In this document: in pieces, positions 49,110-59,920 of the stretch
Layout of the letters: each line of letters begins with the position of its first letter
Numbering within the stretch: position 1 is the first letter of the stretch
Source of the DNA: an uncultured bacterium
Lineage (GTDB): Bacteria; Desulfobacterota_D; UBA1144; Nemesobacterales; UBA2774
Length of the DNA: 64,000 bases
Direction: 5' to 3'
Assembly: GCA_963825135.1 (NCBI GenBank)
Contig: CAWGRW010000009.1
Location: forward strand, 1,120,001 to 1,184,000
Position numbers and translations under genes: made by a program
The notes under the pieces: model-generated
Seen by the model: only the letters and a program-made list of their open reading frames with translations
The model's database searches: none
Told to the model about the DNA's origin: nothing

Positions 49110-51152
49110 TCAAGTCAGGAACGGAGCGATAACAACAGCAACTATAGACATCAGTTTGATCAGGATATTCATGGCGGGCCCCGATGTATCCTTGAACGGG
49201 TCCCCTACCGTGTCTCCTACGACCGCGGCCTTGTGGGACTCCGACCCCTTTCCTCCCAGGTTGCCTTCCTCGATATATTTCTTGGCGTTGTCCCATGCCC
49301 CGCCCGAATTGGCCATCATCAGCGCGAGGACGACACCCGTGACGATTGACCCGGCAAGGAACCCGCCGAGGCCTTCCGCGCCGAGAACGAGGCCGATGAC
49401 AATGGGCGCCAGAATCGCGATTACCCCGGGTACGATCATTTCCTTAAGCGCCGCATCGGTGCTAATCCCCACACAAGTGGCGTAATCCGGCTTGGCGTGT
49501 CCCTCCAAGAGCCCCGTGATCTCACGGAACTGCCTTCTTACCTCCTCGACCATCTTCTGAGCGGTCCTCCCCACTGCGCCCATCGTGAGCGCGGCGAGCA
49601 GAAAAGGAACCGTCCCTCCCAGCATCAGTCCCGTAACAACGCGGCTGTGGGTGAGGTCTATGGAGTCGAGGCCGACCGCCTTTGTGAATGCCGCGAACAG
49701 CGCCAGAGCGGCGAGCGCCGCCGAGCCTATAGCGAACCCCTTTCCAATGGCTGCCGTCGTGTTTCCGAGCGAATCGAGCTTGTCTGTAATTTTTCTAACG
49801 TCGTGCCCGAGACCCGACATTTCCGTGATACCGCCCGCGTTGTCGGCGACGGGTCCGTACGCGTCAACGGACATCGTAATTCCGATTGTCGCCAGCATGC
49901 TGACCGAAGCGATGCCGATACCGTATAGCCCGGCGAAAGAGTACGAGAGACCTATAGCTATCGCGATTGCGATCACCGGCAGTGTGGTGCTCATCATGCC
50001 GACTGAAAGTCCTTCTATGATATTGGTTGCGACGCCTGTCTGGGAGGCTTCCGCGATTTTTCTGACGGGGGAGCCCGATGTGTAATATTCCGTAAGCAGT
50101 CCGATTGCAATGCCCGCGAGGAGCCCGAGCACGGCTGAAAGCCATATCCACATTATATAACCGCCGATACCGTCGACCAGGCCTACCATAAGCAGCACGA
50201 TCAGGGAAGCCGCAAGATATATTCCTCCGGTGTAGAAAGTTGCCCGCCTCAGGACCAATTGGGGTTCGAGGTCTTTCATCCATTCGACGCTCTTGGCGCC
50301 TATTATTGACGAGAAGCTGCCTATGGCTATTAGGATTATTGGTATGGCCATCAGTGCGATTTCATTTTTACCGTAACTGGCGGCGATGACGATCGTTGCG
50401 ACAACCGCGCCGACATAGGATTCGAACAGGTCGGCTCCCATCCCCGCCACGTCCCCCACGTTGTCCCCCACGTTGTCGGCAATCGTCGCCGGGTTTCTCG
50501 GATCGTCTTCCGGAATGCCGGCTTCCACTTTACCGACGAGGTCCGCGCCCACGTCGGCGCCCTTTGTATATATGCCTCCGCCTATTCTGGCAAAGAGCGC
50601 AACGGAGCTCGCGCCCATCGCGAAACCGCCTATTATGCCCCCGAACTTCTGAGCGAAAAGCGCAATCCCGGCCGCGTCACCCGGGTTTGACGGGAGACCT
50701 ATGCCGAGAGCAAACGCTGCGGAGAGACCCAGGAGACCGATGCCCGCCACCGAGAGACCCATTACGTTCCCGCCCTTGAATGCGACTGCGAGTGCTTTCC
50801 CCTGTCCTTCCGTGGCCGCCGCGTGGGCTGTCCTAACGTTGGCTTTAGTCGCTGCCTTCATTCCGAAAAATCCGGCCGTCAGGGAGCATACCGAGCCTCC
50901 GACATAGGCTATAGCGGTATTCAGGTTGATGAAAATTGCGAGCAGGGCGAAGACGATAACAACGAATATCCCGATAATCCGGTACTCGCGGCTTAAAAAT
51001 ACCATCGCCCCCTCGGAAATTGCCGCCGCGATTTCCTTCATCTTGTCATTGCCTTCGGGAAGAGCCTTTATCTCGCGATAGACTATAAAGGCATAACCCA
51101 GGACTAATAATCCTATTACGATTCCGAAGAATGATGCTATTGATTCTCCCAT
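49110..51152 (-). CDS. hppA: Membrane-bound ion-translocating pyrophosphatase, K+-dependent type
   Basis: [46 protein letters not shown] (Ala marks the K+-dependent class), [10 protein letters not shown]. Confidence 0.95.
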   Translation of the reverse strand: MGESIASFFGIVIGLLVLGYAFIVYREIKALPEGNDKMKEIAAAISEGAMVFLSREYRIIGIFVVIVFALLAIFINLNTAIAYVGGSVCSLTAGFFGMKAATKANVRTAHAAATEGQGKALAVAFKGGNVMGLSVAGIGLLGLSAAFALGIGLPSNPGDAAGIALFAQKFGGIIGGFAMGASSVALFARIGGGIYTKGADVGADLVGKVEAGIPEDDPRNPATIADNVGDNVGDVAGMGADLFESYVGAVVATIVIAASYGKNEIALMAIPIILIAIGSFSSIIGAKSVEWMKDLEPQLVLRRATFYTGGIYLAASLIVLLMVGLVDGIGGYIMWIWLSAVLGLLAGIAIGLLTEYYTSGSPVRKIAEASQTGVATNIIEGLSVGMMSTTLPVIAIAIAIGLSYSFAGLYGIGIASVSMLATIGITMSVDAYGPVADNAGGITEMSGLGHDVRKITDKLDSLGNTTAAIGKGFAIGSAALAALALFAAFTKAVGLDSIDLTHSRVVTGLMLGGTVPFLLAALTMGAVGRTAQKMVEEVRRQFREITGLLEGHAKPDYATCVGISTDAALKEMIVPGVIAILAPIVIGLVLGAEGLGGFLAGSIVTGVVLALMMANSGGAWDNAKKYIEEGNLGGKGSESHKAAVVGDTVGDPFKDTSGPAMNILIKLMSIVAVVIAPFLT

Positions 51153-51172
51153 TTTATAGCGTCTCCTGTAAT

Positions 51173-51775
51173 TTAGCCGTTATCCGGCTGACTCGATTCG
51201 TCTCCGCTCTCCGGCCTGATATTGAACTTGTTCATCGCTGACCCAAGCCCGTGTTGAACGATCTCAAAAACCGCGTCGGTCGCCCTGCTAACGGATTCCA
51301 TTACGATTTCACTCTCTTTCCTCTTGAATTGAGAAAGCACGTGCGAAACTGTAGCGGTTTTCTTTCCGGGTTTCCCTATCCCTATCCTGATTCTGATGAA
51401 ATCCTTGCTGCCGAGCTCTCCGATGATTGAGTTTACGCCTTTGTGCCCGGCGCTCCCTCCCCCTGCCTTGATACGCAATGCCCCTGTCGGCAGGTCCAGC
51501 TCATCGTGGATGACAATGATATTTTCAACCGGAATATTATAGAAGTTGACTGCGCTTGAAACCGATTCGCCGCTCCGGTTCATATATGTCTCCGGCTTCA
51601 GAAGAAGCAGCTTATCGTTGTTTAGAATCCCTTCCCCGAATATGCCTTTGAACTTTTTCTTTTTTAATTCGATTCCAACCCTTTTCCCCAGCTCGTCCAC
51701 GGTCAAGTATCCGAGGTTATGCTTCGTGGAAGCATATTCGCTTCCTGGGTTTCCCAGACCGACCACTAATATCAT
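51173..51775 (-). CDS. pth: Peptidyl-tRNA hydrolase
   Basis: GLGNPG, HN.G, KPETYMN.SG, HDELD, GHKG, RIRIGIG. Confidence 0.96.
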   Translation of the reverse strand: MILVVGLGNPGSEYASTKHNLGYLTVDELGKRVGIELKKKKFKGIFGEGILNNDKLLLLKPETYMNRSGESVSSAVNFYNIPVENIIVIHDELDLPTGALRIKAGGGSAGHKGVNSIIGELGSKDFIRIRIGIGKPGKKTATVSHVLSQFKRKESEIVMESVSRATDAVFEIVQHGLGSAMNKFNIRPESGDESSQPDNG

Positions 51776-51784
51776 TTCCTTTAA

Positions 51785-52438
51785 CTATTCTTCTCCGCCT
51801 TCCTTCTTCTCCTCGCCTTCAGCCGCTTTCTCCGCTGTTACCTCTGCGACAACCGGAGCAGCCTCTACTTCCAGCTTGGGCGCTAATATCGTAACAATGG
51901 TCTCGTCGTCGTCTTTCAGGATATTGAAATCCTCGGAGACCTTGAGGGCGCTTACGTGTATGGAATGGCCGATGTCGAGGTCCGTCACGTCGATTTCGAA
52001 GGAGTTCGGGATGTCTTTAGGCAGGCATTCGACCGGGATATCTCGGAGGATCTCTTCCAATATGCCCCCTTCTTTTATTCCCTTAGCCTTTCCGACTATC
52101 TTTACCGGAACGTTTACCGTTATCCTCTTGTTAATATCGAGAGCCTGAAAATCGAAGTGGATCGGCTTGCTGGTCAGGAAGTCGTATTGAATATCGCGGA
52201 GAAGGGATAACTTCCTCGTTTCCTTCGATCCGTCATTGAAAGTTAACTCGAGAAGGGTGTTTTCCCCCGCTTCGGTCGAGAGCGCCTGCTTCAATGCGGC
52301 CGGGTTTACGGCTAACATTGTGGGTTCGGTGCCTTTCCCGTATAGAATCGCCGGTATATTCCCGTCTCTCCTGACTTCCTTTGCCCCGCTTTTTCCGGGT
52401 TTCTGCCTTACCGATACTTCTAATGTGTTCTGTGCCAT
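51785..52438 (-). CDS. rplY: 50S ribosomal protein L25 / Ctc
   Basis: R..G.IPAILYG, H.DF, VPV...G...G.K.GG. Located between prs and pth. Confidence 0.94.
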   Translation of the reverse strand: MAQNTLEVSVRQKPGKSGAKEVRRDGNIPAILYGKGTEPTMLAVNPAALKQALSTEAGENTLLELTFNDGSKETRKLSLLRDIQYDFLTSKPIHFDFQALDINKRITVNVPVKIVGKAKGIKEGGILEEILRDIPVECLPKDIPNSFEIDVTDLDIGHSIHVSALKVSEDFNILKDDDETIVTILAPKLEVEAAPVVAEVTAEKAAEGEEKKEGGEE

Positions 52439-52457
52439 TTTGCAAGCTCCTTATTTT

Positions 52458-53399
52458 TTAGTTAAACAGGCTGCTGATCGACTCGCCTTTCGCTATTCTC
52501 TTTATCGCCTCTCCGAGGAGGTTCGAAATGCTTATTACCCTGATTTTATCGCATCCTGCGGTATTTTCCGAAGGCGCTATAGTGTCGGTAATTATAATTT
52601 CCTCGAGGTCGGAATTCTTTATTTTCTCAATGGCGCTTCCTGAAAGGACTCCGTGCGTGCAGCAAAGGGTTACGCTTTTCGCCCCTTCTCTGAATAGTGC
52701 TTTTCCCGCCTGTATGGCTGTCCCGGCGGTGTCCACGAGGTCGTCAACGAGGATTACGGCTTTACCCTCGACGTCCCCTATCACGTTCATGATCTCTGCT
52801 TCGTTCGGGTTTGGACGTCTTTTGTCCGTCATCGCGAGTCCGGAATCGAGGATTTTCGCATATGACCTCGCCCTCTCCATACCCCCGGCGTCGGGCGAGA
52901 CTATAACCATTTCATCTTTCTTGAACTTATCTTTTATATAATTGATGAATACGGGTGTCGCGTATATGTGATCAACAGGGATATTGAAAAACCCCTGTAT
53001 CTGCCCCGCGTGCAGGTCCACTGTGACGACCCTGCTTATCCCGGCGGTGGTAATGAGGTCCGCAACGAGTTTGGCCGAGATCGGCGCTCTCGGCTGGACC
53101 TTTCTGTCCTGTCTCGCATATCCATAGTATGGTATGACCGCGGTTATCGCCCTGGCGGACGCTCTTTTCAGCGCATCGGTGATGACGAGCAGCTCCATAA
53201 TGTGTTCGTTCACCGGTGGGCAGGTCGACTGGATTACGAATATATGAGAACCGCGCACGCTCTCCGATATTTCGACAAACAGCTCCCCGTCGCTGAATCT
53301 CCTTACTTCAGCTTTCCCGAGGGGAACGTCCAGGTACTTACATACAGCCTTCGCAAGGGGAACGTTCGAAGTCCCGCAAAAAATCTTCGCATTGTCCAT
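52458..53399 (-). CDS. prs: Ribose-phosphate pyrophosphokinase
   Basis: FSDGE, PYYGYARQDRK, DLHAGQIQGFF, SPDAGG, VDDLVDTAGT. Confidence 0.97.
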   Translation of the reverse strand: MDNAKIFCGTSNVPLAKAVCKYLDVPLGKAEVRRFSDGELFVEISESVRGSHIFVIQSTCPPVNEHIMELLVITDALKRASARAITAVIPYYGYARQDRKVQPRAPISAKLVADLITTAGISRVVTVDLHAGQIQGFFNIPVDHIYATPVFINYIKDKFKKDEMVIVSPDAGGMERARSYAKILDSGLAMTDKRRPNPNEAEIMNVIGDVEGKAVILVDDLVDTAGTAIQAGKALFREGAKSVTLCCTHGVLSGSAIEKIKNSDLEEIIITDTIAPSENTAGCDKIRVISISNLLGEAIKRIAKGESISSLFN

Positions 53400-53507
53400 T
53401 TGATCTCACATGAAATTATAAAATCACGATGCCCTGATAAAAAACAAGGTATTATAAAATAGATAAATGAGAATTCAAGTTTGGGCGGCGGGATCGGAAG
53501 GTGCGGA

Positions 53508-53942
53508 TTGACGGCGATACCTGAGGATAGAGAAGAGGGGGTCATACGCTCGGCCAGGGTAGCCAGGATGGCGACAGCGGACGGGTCCGGGAGGCCGCTC
53601 GTGGTGCCCGTCTGTTTCGTATACGACGGGCGGTTCGTTTTCACCCCCGTCGACAAGAAGCCCAAAAGTGTCCCGGGCGGGGAATTGAAACGGATTAAAA
53701 ACATCCTGTCGAACCCGCGCGTATCCCTTGTCATCGATGGATATTATGAGGACTGGAGCAGGCTTTATTACGTAATTATTCATGGGCAAGCCGGGGTGAT
53801 GGAGAGCGGCGAAGAGTATCGGAACTCGCTGGGGCTCCTCAGTAAAAAATACCGGCAATATAAAAAAATGGGTCTTGAGAGCGCCGGCCTGCCCGTCATT
53901 AAAATCGTCCCGGAACAGATAGTCTCCTGGGGAGACCTCTGA
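53508..53942 (+). CDS. PPOX-class F420-dependent oxidoreductase (Rv0121-like)
   Basis: RVAR.ATAD..G.P.VVPVCF, VD.KPK, NI..NPRVSL.ID.Y.EDWS.L, KY.QY. Start uncertain. Confidence 0.8.
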   Translation: MTAIPEDREEGVIRSARVARMATADGSGRPLVVPVCFVYDGRFVFTPVDKKPKSVPGGELKRIKNILSNPRVSLVIDGYYEDWSRLYYVIIHGQAGVMESGEEYRNSLGLLSKKYRQYKKMGLESAGLPVIKIVPEQIVSWGDL

Positions 53943-54123
53943 CCCTTTAAACGTCTCCGCTCTATGGTTAAATAGCTCTGATGGAAAGCTTGGGGGACGA
54001 AAGGTTTCCTGAAAAAAGTAATAATAAGGGGAGAGTGCGGATACTTTTTAGTGAATACCCACTAGCGTCTGATGATTATGTATGATAAGATTGTTTGTTA
54101 AGGGTCTATAGAAATTGTAAATA

Positions 54124-54208
54124 GCCGAAGTGGCGGAACTTGGTAGACGCGCTGGATTCAGGATCCAGTGGGTGCAAGCTCGTGGGGGTTCAAATCCCCC
54201 CTTCGGCA
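54124..54208 (+). tRNA. tRNA-Leu(CAG)
   Basis: GCCGAAG/CTTCGGC acceptor stem, D-loop GG, anticodon arm CTGGA-TTCAGGA-TCCAG, long variable arm, GGTTCAAATCC T-loop. CCA not encoded. Confidence 0.95.
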
Positions 54209-54228
54209 TGGACTGTAACGTACTCGGC

Positions 54229-55023
54229 ATGAGAGAGCTTAAACCGAAATTGATGATTGCTAACTCGGGAAGAAGAAGGCGCGGCCTCGGCGGCGGGTTC
54301 TGGACTTTTCTGACATTTCTCATTGTATTCCTCGTAGGCGTCTACGTGGGAACAAAGGTCGACGATATGTATTCAGCCGGGGAGCGGCCCTCGCAGGCGA
54401 AAAAGGAGAGCCCGGCGGTTAAGAACACCGTAAGGTATGAAACGGATACCGAACCGATAATCGATAAGAGCGAGATTACTGCCGGCAGCGCGGATACCAC
54501 GGATAATGGAGAGGCCGTGTTATCGGAGGATAATAAGATTTCCCGGGAGATGATCGCAGCTGAACCCAGATTGTCTGTAACCGCTCCCGGTGAGGATGCT
54601 AAAACGGACCCCGGGCTGACTTCGATCGATCCCGCGCAGATGTCGGGAGAGGCGGCAGCTGTCGATAATGCGGCTCCGGTCAAGCTTGAAACCCCTGCTC
54701 CGGACCAGGTAAAGGCGGATGAGACCAAAGCTGGAAAAGCGCCAAAAAAGGGATACACGCTCCAGGTAGGGGCATTCGCGAATAAAGCGGATGCGGAGAA
54801 AGCCGTAAATGAATATCGCGGTAAAGGATTCGGCGCGTATACCGTCGAGGTGGAAAATTCAAAGGGCGAGAAGTGGAACCTTGTCAAAATAGGCAAATAC
54901 GGCACTATCGAGCAGGCCTGGAACCAATCAGCTATCTTTAAGAAGAGTGTCGGAAAGGAAGCATACGTCGAATCCCTCGGGAGCAAGACGGTGTTCAACG
55001 AATCTTGGGGTAAAAATGAATAG
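54229..55023 (+). CDS. SPOR domain cell-division protein (FtsN/DamX-like architecture)
   Basis: Single N-terminal TM, long low-complexity linker, YTLQVGAF...A, W..V.IG.Y. Confidence 0.82.
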   Translation: MRELKPKLMIANSGRRRRGLGGGFWTFLTFLIVFLVGVYVGTKVDDMYSAGERPSQAKKESPAVKNTVRYETDTEPIIDKSEITAGSADTTDNGEAVLSEDNKISREMIAAEPRLSVTAPGEDAKTDPGLTSIDPAQMSGEAAAVDNAAPVKLETPAPDQVKADETKAGKAPKKGYTLQVGAFANKADAEKAVNEYRGKGFGAYTVEVENSKGEKWNLVKIGKYGTIEQAWNQSAIFKKSVGKEAYVESLGSKTVFNESWGKNE

Positions 55024-55167
55024 TCAATGTGCCGGTTTTATGTATAAAACTAAATACGATATTTTGTTAGCTTCTGCGTATTAGGATTCCGGCTGTTTCA
55101 TGTTATCCTCTTAGATTATTGCATAATATATGCAACATGCGTAATTTTGCATATGCGAAGAATTTGC

Positions 55168-55196
55168 TTGACAATAAACCCCTCGAACCGTATATT
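55168..55196 (+). promoter_or_regulatory. sigma70 promoter of the sigma-factor gene
   Basis: TTGACA, 17 nt, TATATT. Confidence 0.65.
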
Positions 55197-55272
55197 AATA
55201 TAGTTGAGGAGCTGTCGGCTTTAAAAAGCAATACAATTCACAATATTTTACTTATCCAGGAAGGGTGTGAGA

Positions 55273-56472
55273 ATGAAATCGGCAAAATTCAGAGAGGTTG
55301 AGCACGCAGCTCCGGAAATAGAAGCCATAGAAAACTATAACGATCAGGAAGAAGAATCATTTTCATCTCTGGGCTTTAGGGACGATGCTATCATCGAGAG
55401 CGAAGAGTCGGACTTCGGCTTTGAGCTCGAGGACAATACCGTTGTCGAAGACCAGGAGCCTGAAGAATGGACCCCGGACGAACAGTTCAGGCTTCTTTAC
55501 GTTTATTTCAAGGATATGGCCGTTGAATCCCTCCTGACCGCGAAAGAGGAAATAGAGGTTTCCGCCCAGATTAAGAAATGCGAATCGAAGTCAAGAGAGC
55601 TCACGTTCAATATTCAAAAGTTGTCTAAGAAGAAAGAAGCCTTCACGGTCAGGAAAACGAACGGGAAACCCGTGATTACCGAAAAGGATCTCACCAAGAG
55701 GATAGAGAGTCTTCTGGCGTTCGTAAAGGTATATTCCGAGCGGGCTTGCGAGCTCAAGGAAAGGTTCGTCAAAGCTAACCTCAGGCTCGTCGTAAGCATA
55801 TCGAAAAGGTACATGGGGCGCGGACTCCCTCTGACGGATCTTATACAGGAAGGCAATGTAGGCCTCATGAGGGCGGTCGAGAGGTTCGACCATACAAAGG
55901 GTTATAAATTTTCGACCTATGCCTCCTGGTGGATACATCAGGCGATCTCTCGGGCCCTTCTCGATCAGACGAGAACCATCAGGGTCCCTGTCTACGTGCT
56001 GGAGCAGGCAAGCAAGGTTTACAGGATAAGCTCCATGCTCCATAAGGAGCTTGGAAGAAAGCCTCTGCCCGATGAGGTAGCTGAAGTTGCCGGCATATCG
56101 GTCGAGGGAGTAAAGAGGATTCTCGAGTCTACGAACGATGCCGCGCGGCTCGATACCCCGATACTGGACGGGGAGAAAACCACTCTGCTCGATTTTATCT
56201 CCGACGACAACTCTCCCGCGCCGGACTCGGTCATGGCTAATACTGCGCTGACCCATGAGATCAGGGATGCGCTTAATATTCTTACTTCGAGAGAAGAAGA
56301 GATAATTAGGCTCAGGTTCGGGATCGATCAGGACTCCACGTACACCCTTGACGAGATCGGCAGAAGGTTCGATCTTACGCGCGAGAGGATTCGGCAGATA
56401 GAGAAAAGGGCCCTCGAGAAGCTGGCCACTTCCGAAATGGGTGAGATTCTCAGAAGCTTTCTTGCCCGTTAA
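55273..56472 (+). CDS. RpoD/SigA-like sigma70 factor paralog
   Basis: ANLRLVVSI, DLIQEGN.GLMRAV, KFSTYA.WWI, TRERIRQIE. Lacks a clear region 1.1. Confidence 0.88.
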   Translation: MKSAKFREVEHAAPEIEAIENYNDQEEESFSSLGFRDDAIIESEESDFGFELEDNTVVEDQEPEEWTPDEQFRLLYVYFKDMAVESLLTAKEEIEVSAQIKKCESKSRELTFNIQKLSKKKEAFTVRKTNGKPVITEKDLTKRIESLLAFVKVYSERACELKERFVKANLRLVVSISKRYMGRGLPLTDLIQEGNVGLMRAVERFDHTKGYKFSTYASWWIHQAISRALLDQTRTIRVPVYVLEQASKVYRISSMLHKELGRKPLPDEVAEVAGISVEGVKRILESTNDAARLDTPILDGEKTTLLDFISDDNSPAPDSVMANTALTHEIRDALNILTSREEEIIRLRFGIDQDSTYTLDEIGRRFDLTRERIRQIEKRALEKLATSEMGEILRSFLAR

Positions 56473-56617
56473 TTCCCGCTATCGCTGCCGCGTGTATCAT
56501 TCCCTGCAATTGCAACGCTCACAGGCGGAGGTCTATCCGCCCTCAAACCCGCCCGCTTCGAGAGTTCTGTGCAGGACCATTGTTATTACGCCACATGTAG
56601 TATAATTTCACATTGAA

Positions 56618-57487
56618 ATGAGCGCCCTCCCTCCAGTAATCATCATCGGAATGAGTCGTTCAGGCACAAGCATGCTCACACGCATGCTCGGCAATCTCGG
56701 GCTCTTCGTCGGGAGCAGGGTTACGAATAACCACGAGGCCTTGTTCTTCCGGGACTTGAACGACTGGCTTCTGACTCAGTGCAGCGGGGGTCTCGAAAAC
56801 CCGGGCGTGATTAAGCACCTGCTCCAGGACCGGGAAGCCAGGTCTCTGTTCGGCGATTTTATGAAATATGTTATGAAGACGCCGCGCGCTATCTCATACC
56901 TGGGGTTAGGGAAATATATCCGCTACGGGACGCCCGCGGGGCTCGATATCCCCTGGGGCTGGAAGGACCCACGAAATACATTCACCCTGCCATTCTGGCT
57001 CGACATTTTCCCCGGGGCGAAAGTAATCCATATTTATCGCCACCCGCTCGACATAATAAACAGCCTAAGGACGCGGAGGGCGAAGGGGCTCCTGCGGCTC
57101 AAGGATAAACACGCCGCATACAGACCCGTTTACTGGTATTACCTGATGCGGAAGTTCATAGGGGGCAGACGGGTGTTCGTGGATTTGAGGGGCGCCTCCC
57201 TCGACGAGGGGTTTATCCTGTGGGAGGAATATATGACAGAAGCGCGCGGGCACGTGGAGATGCTCGGGGAGAATGCCGTTGAAATCAAATATGAATATTT
57301 TCTCGAAAATCCCGGCGATGTCTTGAACACTCTGGCCGATTTTTGCGGTCTCGGAGCCGGTAAGAGCGAGATTGAAAAAGCCGCGGCCGAGGTTAACAAA
57401 TCCAGGGGTTTTGCTTTTCTTAACGACCCGGAGCTCAAGTCCTATTCCGTTGATATAGCCGGCCGCCTTGAGAGATACGGATACTGA
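56618..57487 (+). CDS. Sulfotransferase family protein
   Basis: GMSRSGTS PAPS-binding loop, WGWKDPR, RHPLD...S, YE.F...P. Confidence 0.87.
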   Translation: MSALPPVIIIGMSRSGTSMLTRMLGNLGLFVGSRVTNNHEALFFRDLNDWLLTQCSGGLENPGVIKHLLQDREARSLFGDFMKYVMKTPRAISYLGLGKYIRYGTPAGLDIPWGWKDPRNTFTLPFWLDIFPGAKVIHIYRHPLDIINSLRTRRAKGLLRLKDKHAAYRPVYWYYLMRKFIGGRRVFVDLRGASLDEGFILWEEYMTEARGHVEMLGENAVEIKYEYFLENPGDVLNTLADFCGLGAGKSEIEKAAAEVNKSRGFAFLNDPELKSYSVDIAGRLERYGY

Positions 57488-57550
57488 CCGGGGGCTGGTG
57501 CTAAACACCTTAGAGTATTTCTCATACCCGCGCCTGCGGCGCCGCCCAAG

Positions 57551-57934
57551 TCACTTCTTTAGTAGTTCCGCGAACCTCATGGCCAGGAGAACGTTTCCCG
57601 AGAGTTTTATCTTTCCCGTGAGGAGCGCGCTTTCGGGGGGCAGCTTGCCGGTGAATAGGTCGATAAAATGCACATCCAGGATATGGATCGTACACTCCGC
57701 ATCCTCGTCAGCTTCCCTTACGCCCAGGGTTTCTTCCCGCAGGTCTATGATCCACGTCCCCCCCTCGGGGCCGTTGATCAAGAACTTATAGACAGCGCCT
57801 ATCGCGATGAATTCGGCGGGCTTTTCTCTCAGCTTTCTTTCCACACGTTCAAATATCTCTATTGTCCTGGACACAGAGCTTTTACTCCCGGAAGGATGAG
57901 AAACCATTTTACCATCTATGCCTTTATATTCCAA
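57551..57934 (-). CDS. SCP2 sterol-binding domain protein
   Basis: F.I.G..GG.W..D, F..L.TGKL...A..TGK.K.SG...LAM. Confidence 0.8.
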   Translation of the reverse strand: MEYKGIDGKMVSHPSGSKSSVSRTIEIFERVERKLREKPAEFIAIGAVYKFLINGPEGGTWIIDLREETLGVREADEDAECTIHILDVHFIDLFTGKLPPESALLTGKIKLSGNVLLAMRFAELLKK

Positions 57935-57949
57935 AGTCGGCGCCGAGAA

Positions 57950-57978
57950 TTGACGGTTCCTATTTAACTATTTACAAT
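57950..57978 (+). promoter_or_regulatory. Putative sigma70 promoter of mnmG
   Basis: TTGACG, 17 nt, TACAAT. Confidence 0.55.
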
Positions 57979-58006
57979 TCTTATGGAATTTTAAGGGGGC
58001 ATCAAT

Positions 58007-59920
58007 TTGGGCATAGAATATCCTGTGAATTGCGATGTGATCGTTATAGGGGCCGGGCACGCCGGATGCGAAGCCGCTCTCGCTGCGTCCAGAATGGGGT
58101 GCCGCACCCTGGTTCTGACCGCTAATATCGATACCATCGGGCTTATGTCGTGCAATCCCTCTATCGGAGGAGTCGGTAAGGGGCACCTCGTAAAGGAGAT
58201 CGACGCCCTGGGCGGAGAAATGGGGAAAGCCGCTGATTACGCGGCCATTCAGTTCAGACGGCTGAATACCCGAAAGGGGGCCGCTGTCCAGGCGACAAGG
58301 ATCCAGGCAGACAGGCAGGCATACAGAGCATATATGAAAAGCGCGCTCGAGGCCCGGAAGAACCTGGACATCAAACAGAGGATGGCTGAAGGCCTCCTCG
58401 TCGCAAACGGCGGGGTGGTCGGGGTGAAAACGACGCTCGGCGAGCATTTCTACTCCGATGCGGTCGTAGTAACGCCGGGGACGTTTCCGAACGGGCTGAT
58501 ACACATCGGGACTACAAAGATTTCCTCGGGGCGGGCGGGGGAGGCCGCGGCGATCGGCATCTCGGATTCATTCGGAAGCCTCGGGTTTAAGGTGGGCAGG
58601 CTCAAGACGGGGACACCTCCCAGGCTTGACGGCAGAACCATTAAGTGGGAGATGCTCGAGCCTCAGCACGGGGACGAGAATCCCATACCCTTTTCTTTCT
58701 CCGGCGGTTCTATAACGAGGGAGCAGATGCCCTGCTATATCACATACACGAATGAAAACACGCACCGCGTGATAATGGAGAACCTCCACAAGTCTCCGCT
58801 CTACTCGGGGGAGATAAAGGGGGTCGGGCCCAGGTACTGCCCCTCGATTGAGGACAAGGTGGTCAAGTTCCGCGATAAGGACAGGCACCAGATATTTCTC
58901 GAACCCGAGGGCGCCAATACTTATGAAATCTATCCGAACGGTATCTCCACGAGCCTTCCTCTCGAAGTCCAGTATGAGCTCGTGAGGACCATCGACGGGC
59001 TCTCTGACGCCGAAATCATGAGGCCGGGCTACGCGGTCGAATACGATTTCGTCGATCCCGTCCAGTTAAAGCCCACGCTCGAGACAAAGATTGTCGATAA
59101 CCTCTACTTCGCGGGACAGATAAACGGCACTACCGGGTATGAGGAAGCGGGGAGTCAGGGGCTCATAGCGGGCATAAACGCGGCGCTGCGCGTAAAGGGG
59201 GAAGAGCCGCTCGTTCTTGACCGCTCCGAATCGTACATCGGCATCATGATCGACGACCTTGTGACAAAAGGCGTCGACGAGCCTTACAGGATGTTCACCT
59301 CGAGGGCCGAATACCGCCTCCTGCTGAGAGAGGATAACGCCGACGTCAGGCTCGGCGAAAAAGGGTTCAGGATCGGATTATTAAGCGAGGAAATGTACGT
59401 GAAGTCTCGGATAAAGCAGAACGCTATCGTTGATGAGCTCCGGAGGCTCGAGAATATTAAGGTCATGCCGAGCGCGGGAGTCAACGAAATGTTGTCGAGA
59501 CTCGGTTCCTCCCCGCTGAAAAAGCCGCAGTCGCTTAAGGAGATTTTGAGAAGACCTGAAATCACCTGCGGCGAGCTGGAATTGGTCAGCGGCGGTGAAT
59601 ACACGCGCCCTGTAAATGATGAATACGTAATACAGATTGAAATGGAAGTTAAATACGAAGGGTATATCAAAAGACAGTTCGAGCAGATCGATAGATTCAA
59701 GAAACTCGAAAACATGACTATACCGCTTGATTTCTCTTACGACAGCATCCCCGGATTGTCAAAAGAGATAGTGCAAAAACTGTCAAAGGTGCGTCCCGGG
59801 TCTTTGGGGCAGGCCGGCAGGATCTCCGGAATCACTCCTGCCGCTATTTCTGTGCTTATGGTTTATTTAAGAAAGGGTGAATTTGAAAAACGAGCCGGCT
59901 TTCATTCTTTTTCTTCCTGA
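58007..59920 (+). CDS. mnmG: tRNA uridine-5-carboxymethylaminomethyl modification enzyme
   Basis: GAGHAGCEA, SCNPSIGG, GPRYCPSIEDK, GQINGTTGYEEA, EPYRMFTSRAEYRL. Confidence 0.97.
   Translation: MGIEYPVNCDVIVIGAGHAGCEAALAASRMGCRTLVLTANIDTIGLMSCNPSIGGVGKGHLVKEIDALGGEMGKAADYAAIQFRRLNTRKGAAVQATRIQADRQAYRAYMKSALEARKNLDIKQRMAEGLLVANGGVVGVKTTLGEHFYSDAVVVTPGTFPNGLIHIGTTKISSGRAGEAAAIGISDSFGSLGFKVGRLKTGTPPRLDGRTIKWEMLEPQHGDENPIPFSFSGGSITREQMPCYITYTNENTHRVIMENLHKSPLYSGEIKGVGPRYCPSIEDKVVKFRDKDRHQIFLEPEGANTYEIYPNGISTSLPLEVQYELVRTIDGLSDAEIMRPGYAVEYDFVDPVQLKPTLETKIVDNLYFAGQINGTTGYEEAGSQGLIAGINAALRVKGEEPLVLDRSESYIGIMIDDLVTKGVDEPYRMFTSRAEYRLLLREDNADVRLGEKGFRIGLLSEEMYVKSRIKQNAIVDELRRLENIKVMPSAGVNEMLSRLGSSPLKKPQSLKEILRRPEITCGELELVSGGEYTRPVNDEYVIQIEMEVKYEGYIKRQFEQIDRFKKLENMTIPLDFSYDSIPGLSKEIVQKLSKVRPGSLGQAGRISGITPAAISVLMVYLRKGEFEKRAGFHSFSS

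Noticed and set aside
54130..54228. ORF track extends the SPOR gene upstream to 54130
   Set aside because: This segment is mostly the tRNA-Leu gene. The plausible start is ATG 54229.
54200..54232. TCGGCATG repeated right after the tRNA 3' end, as a possible att site
   Set aside because: Only 8 bp, with no integrase or foreign island nearby.
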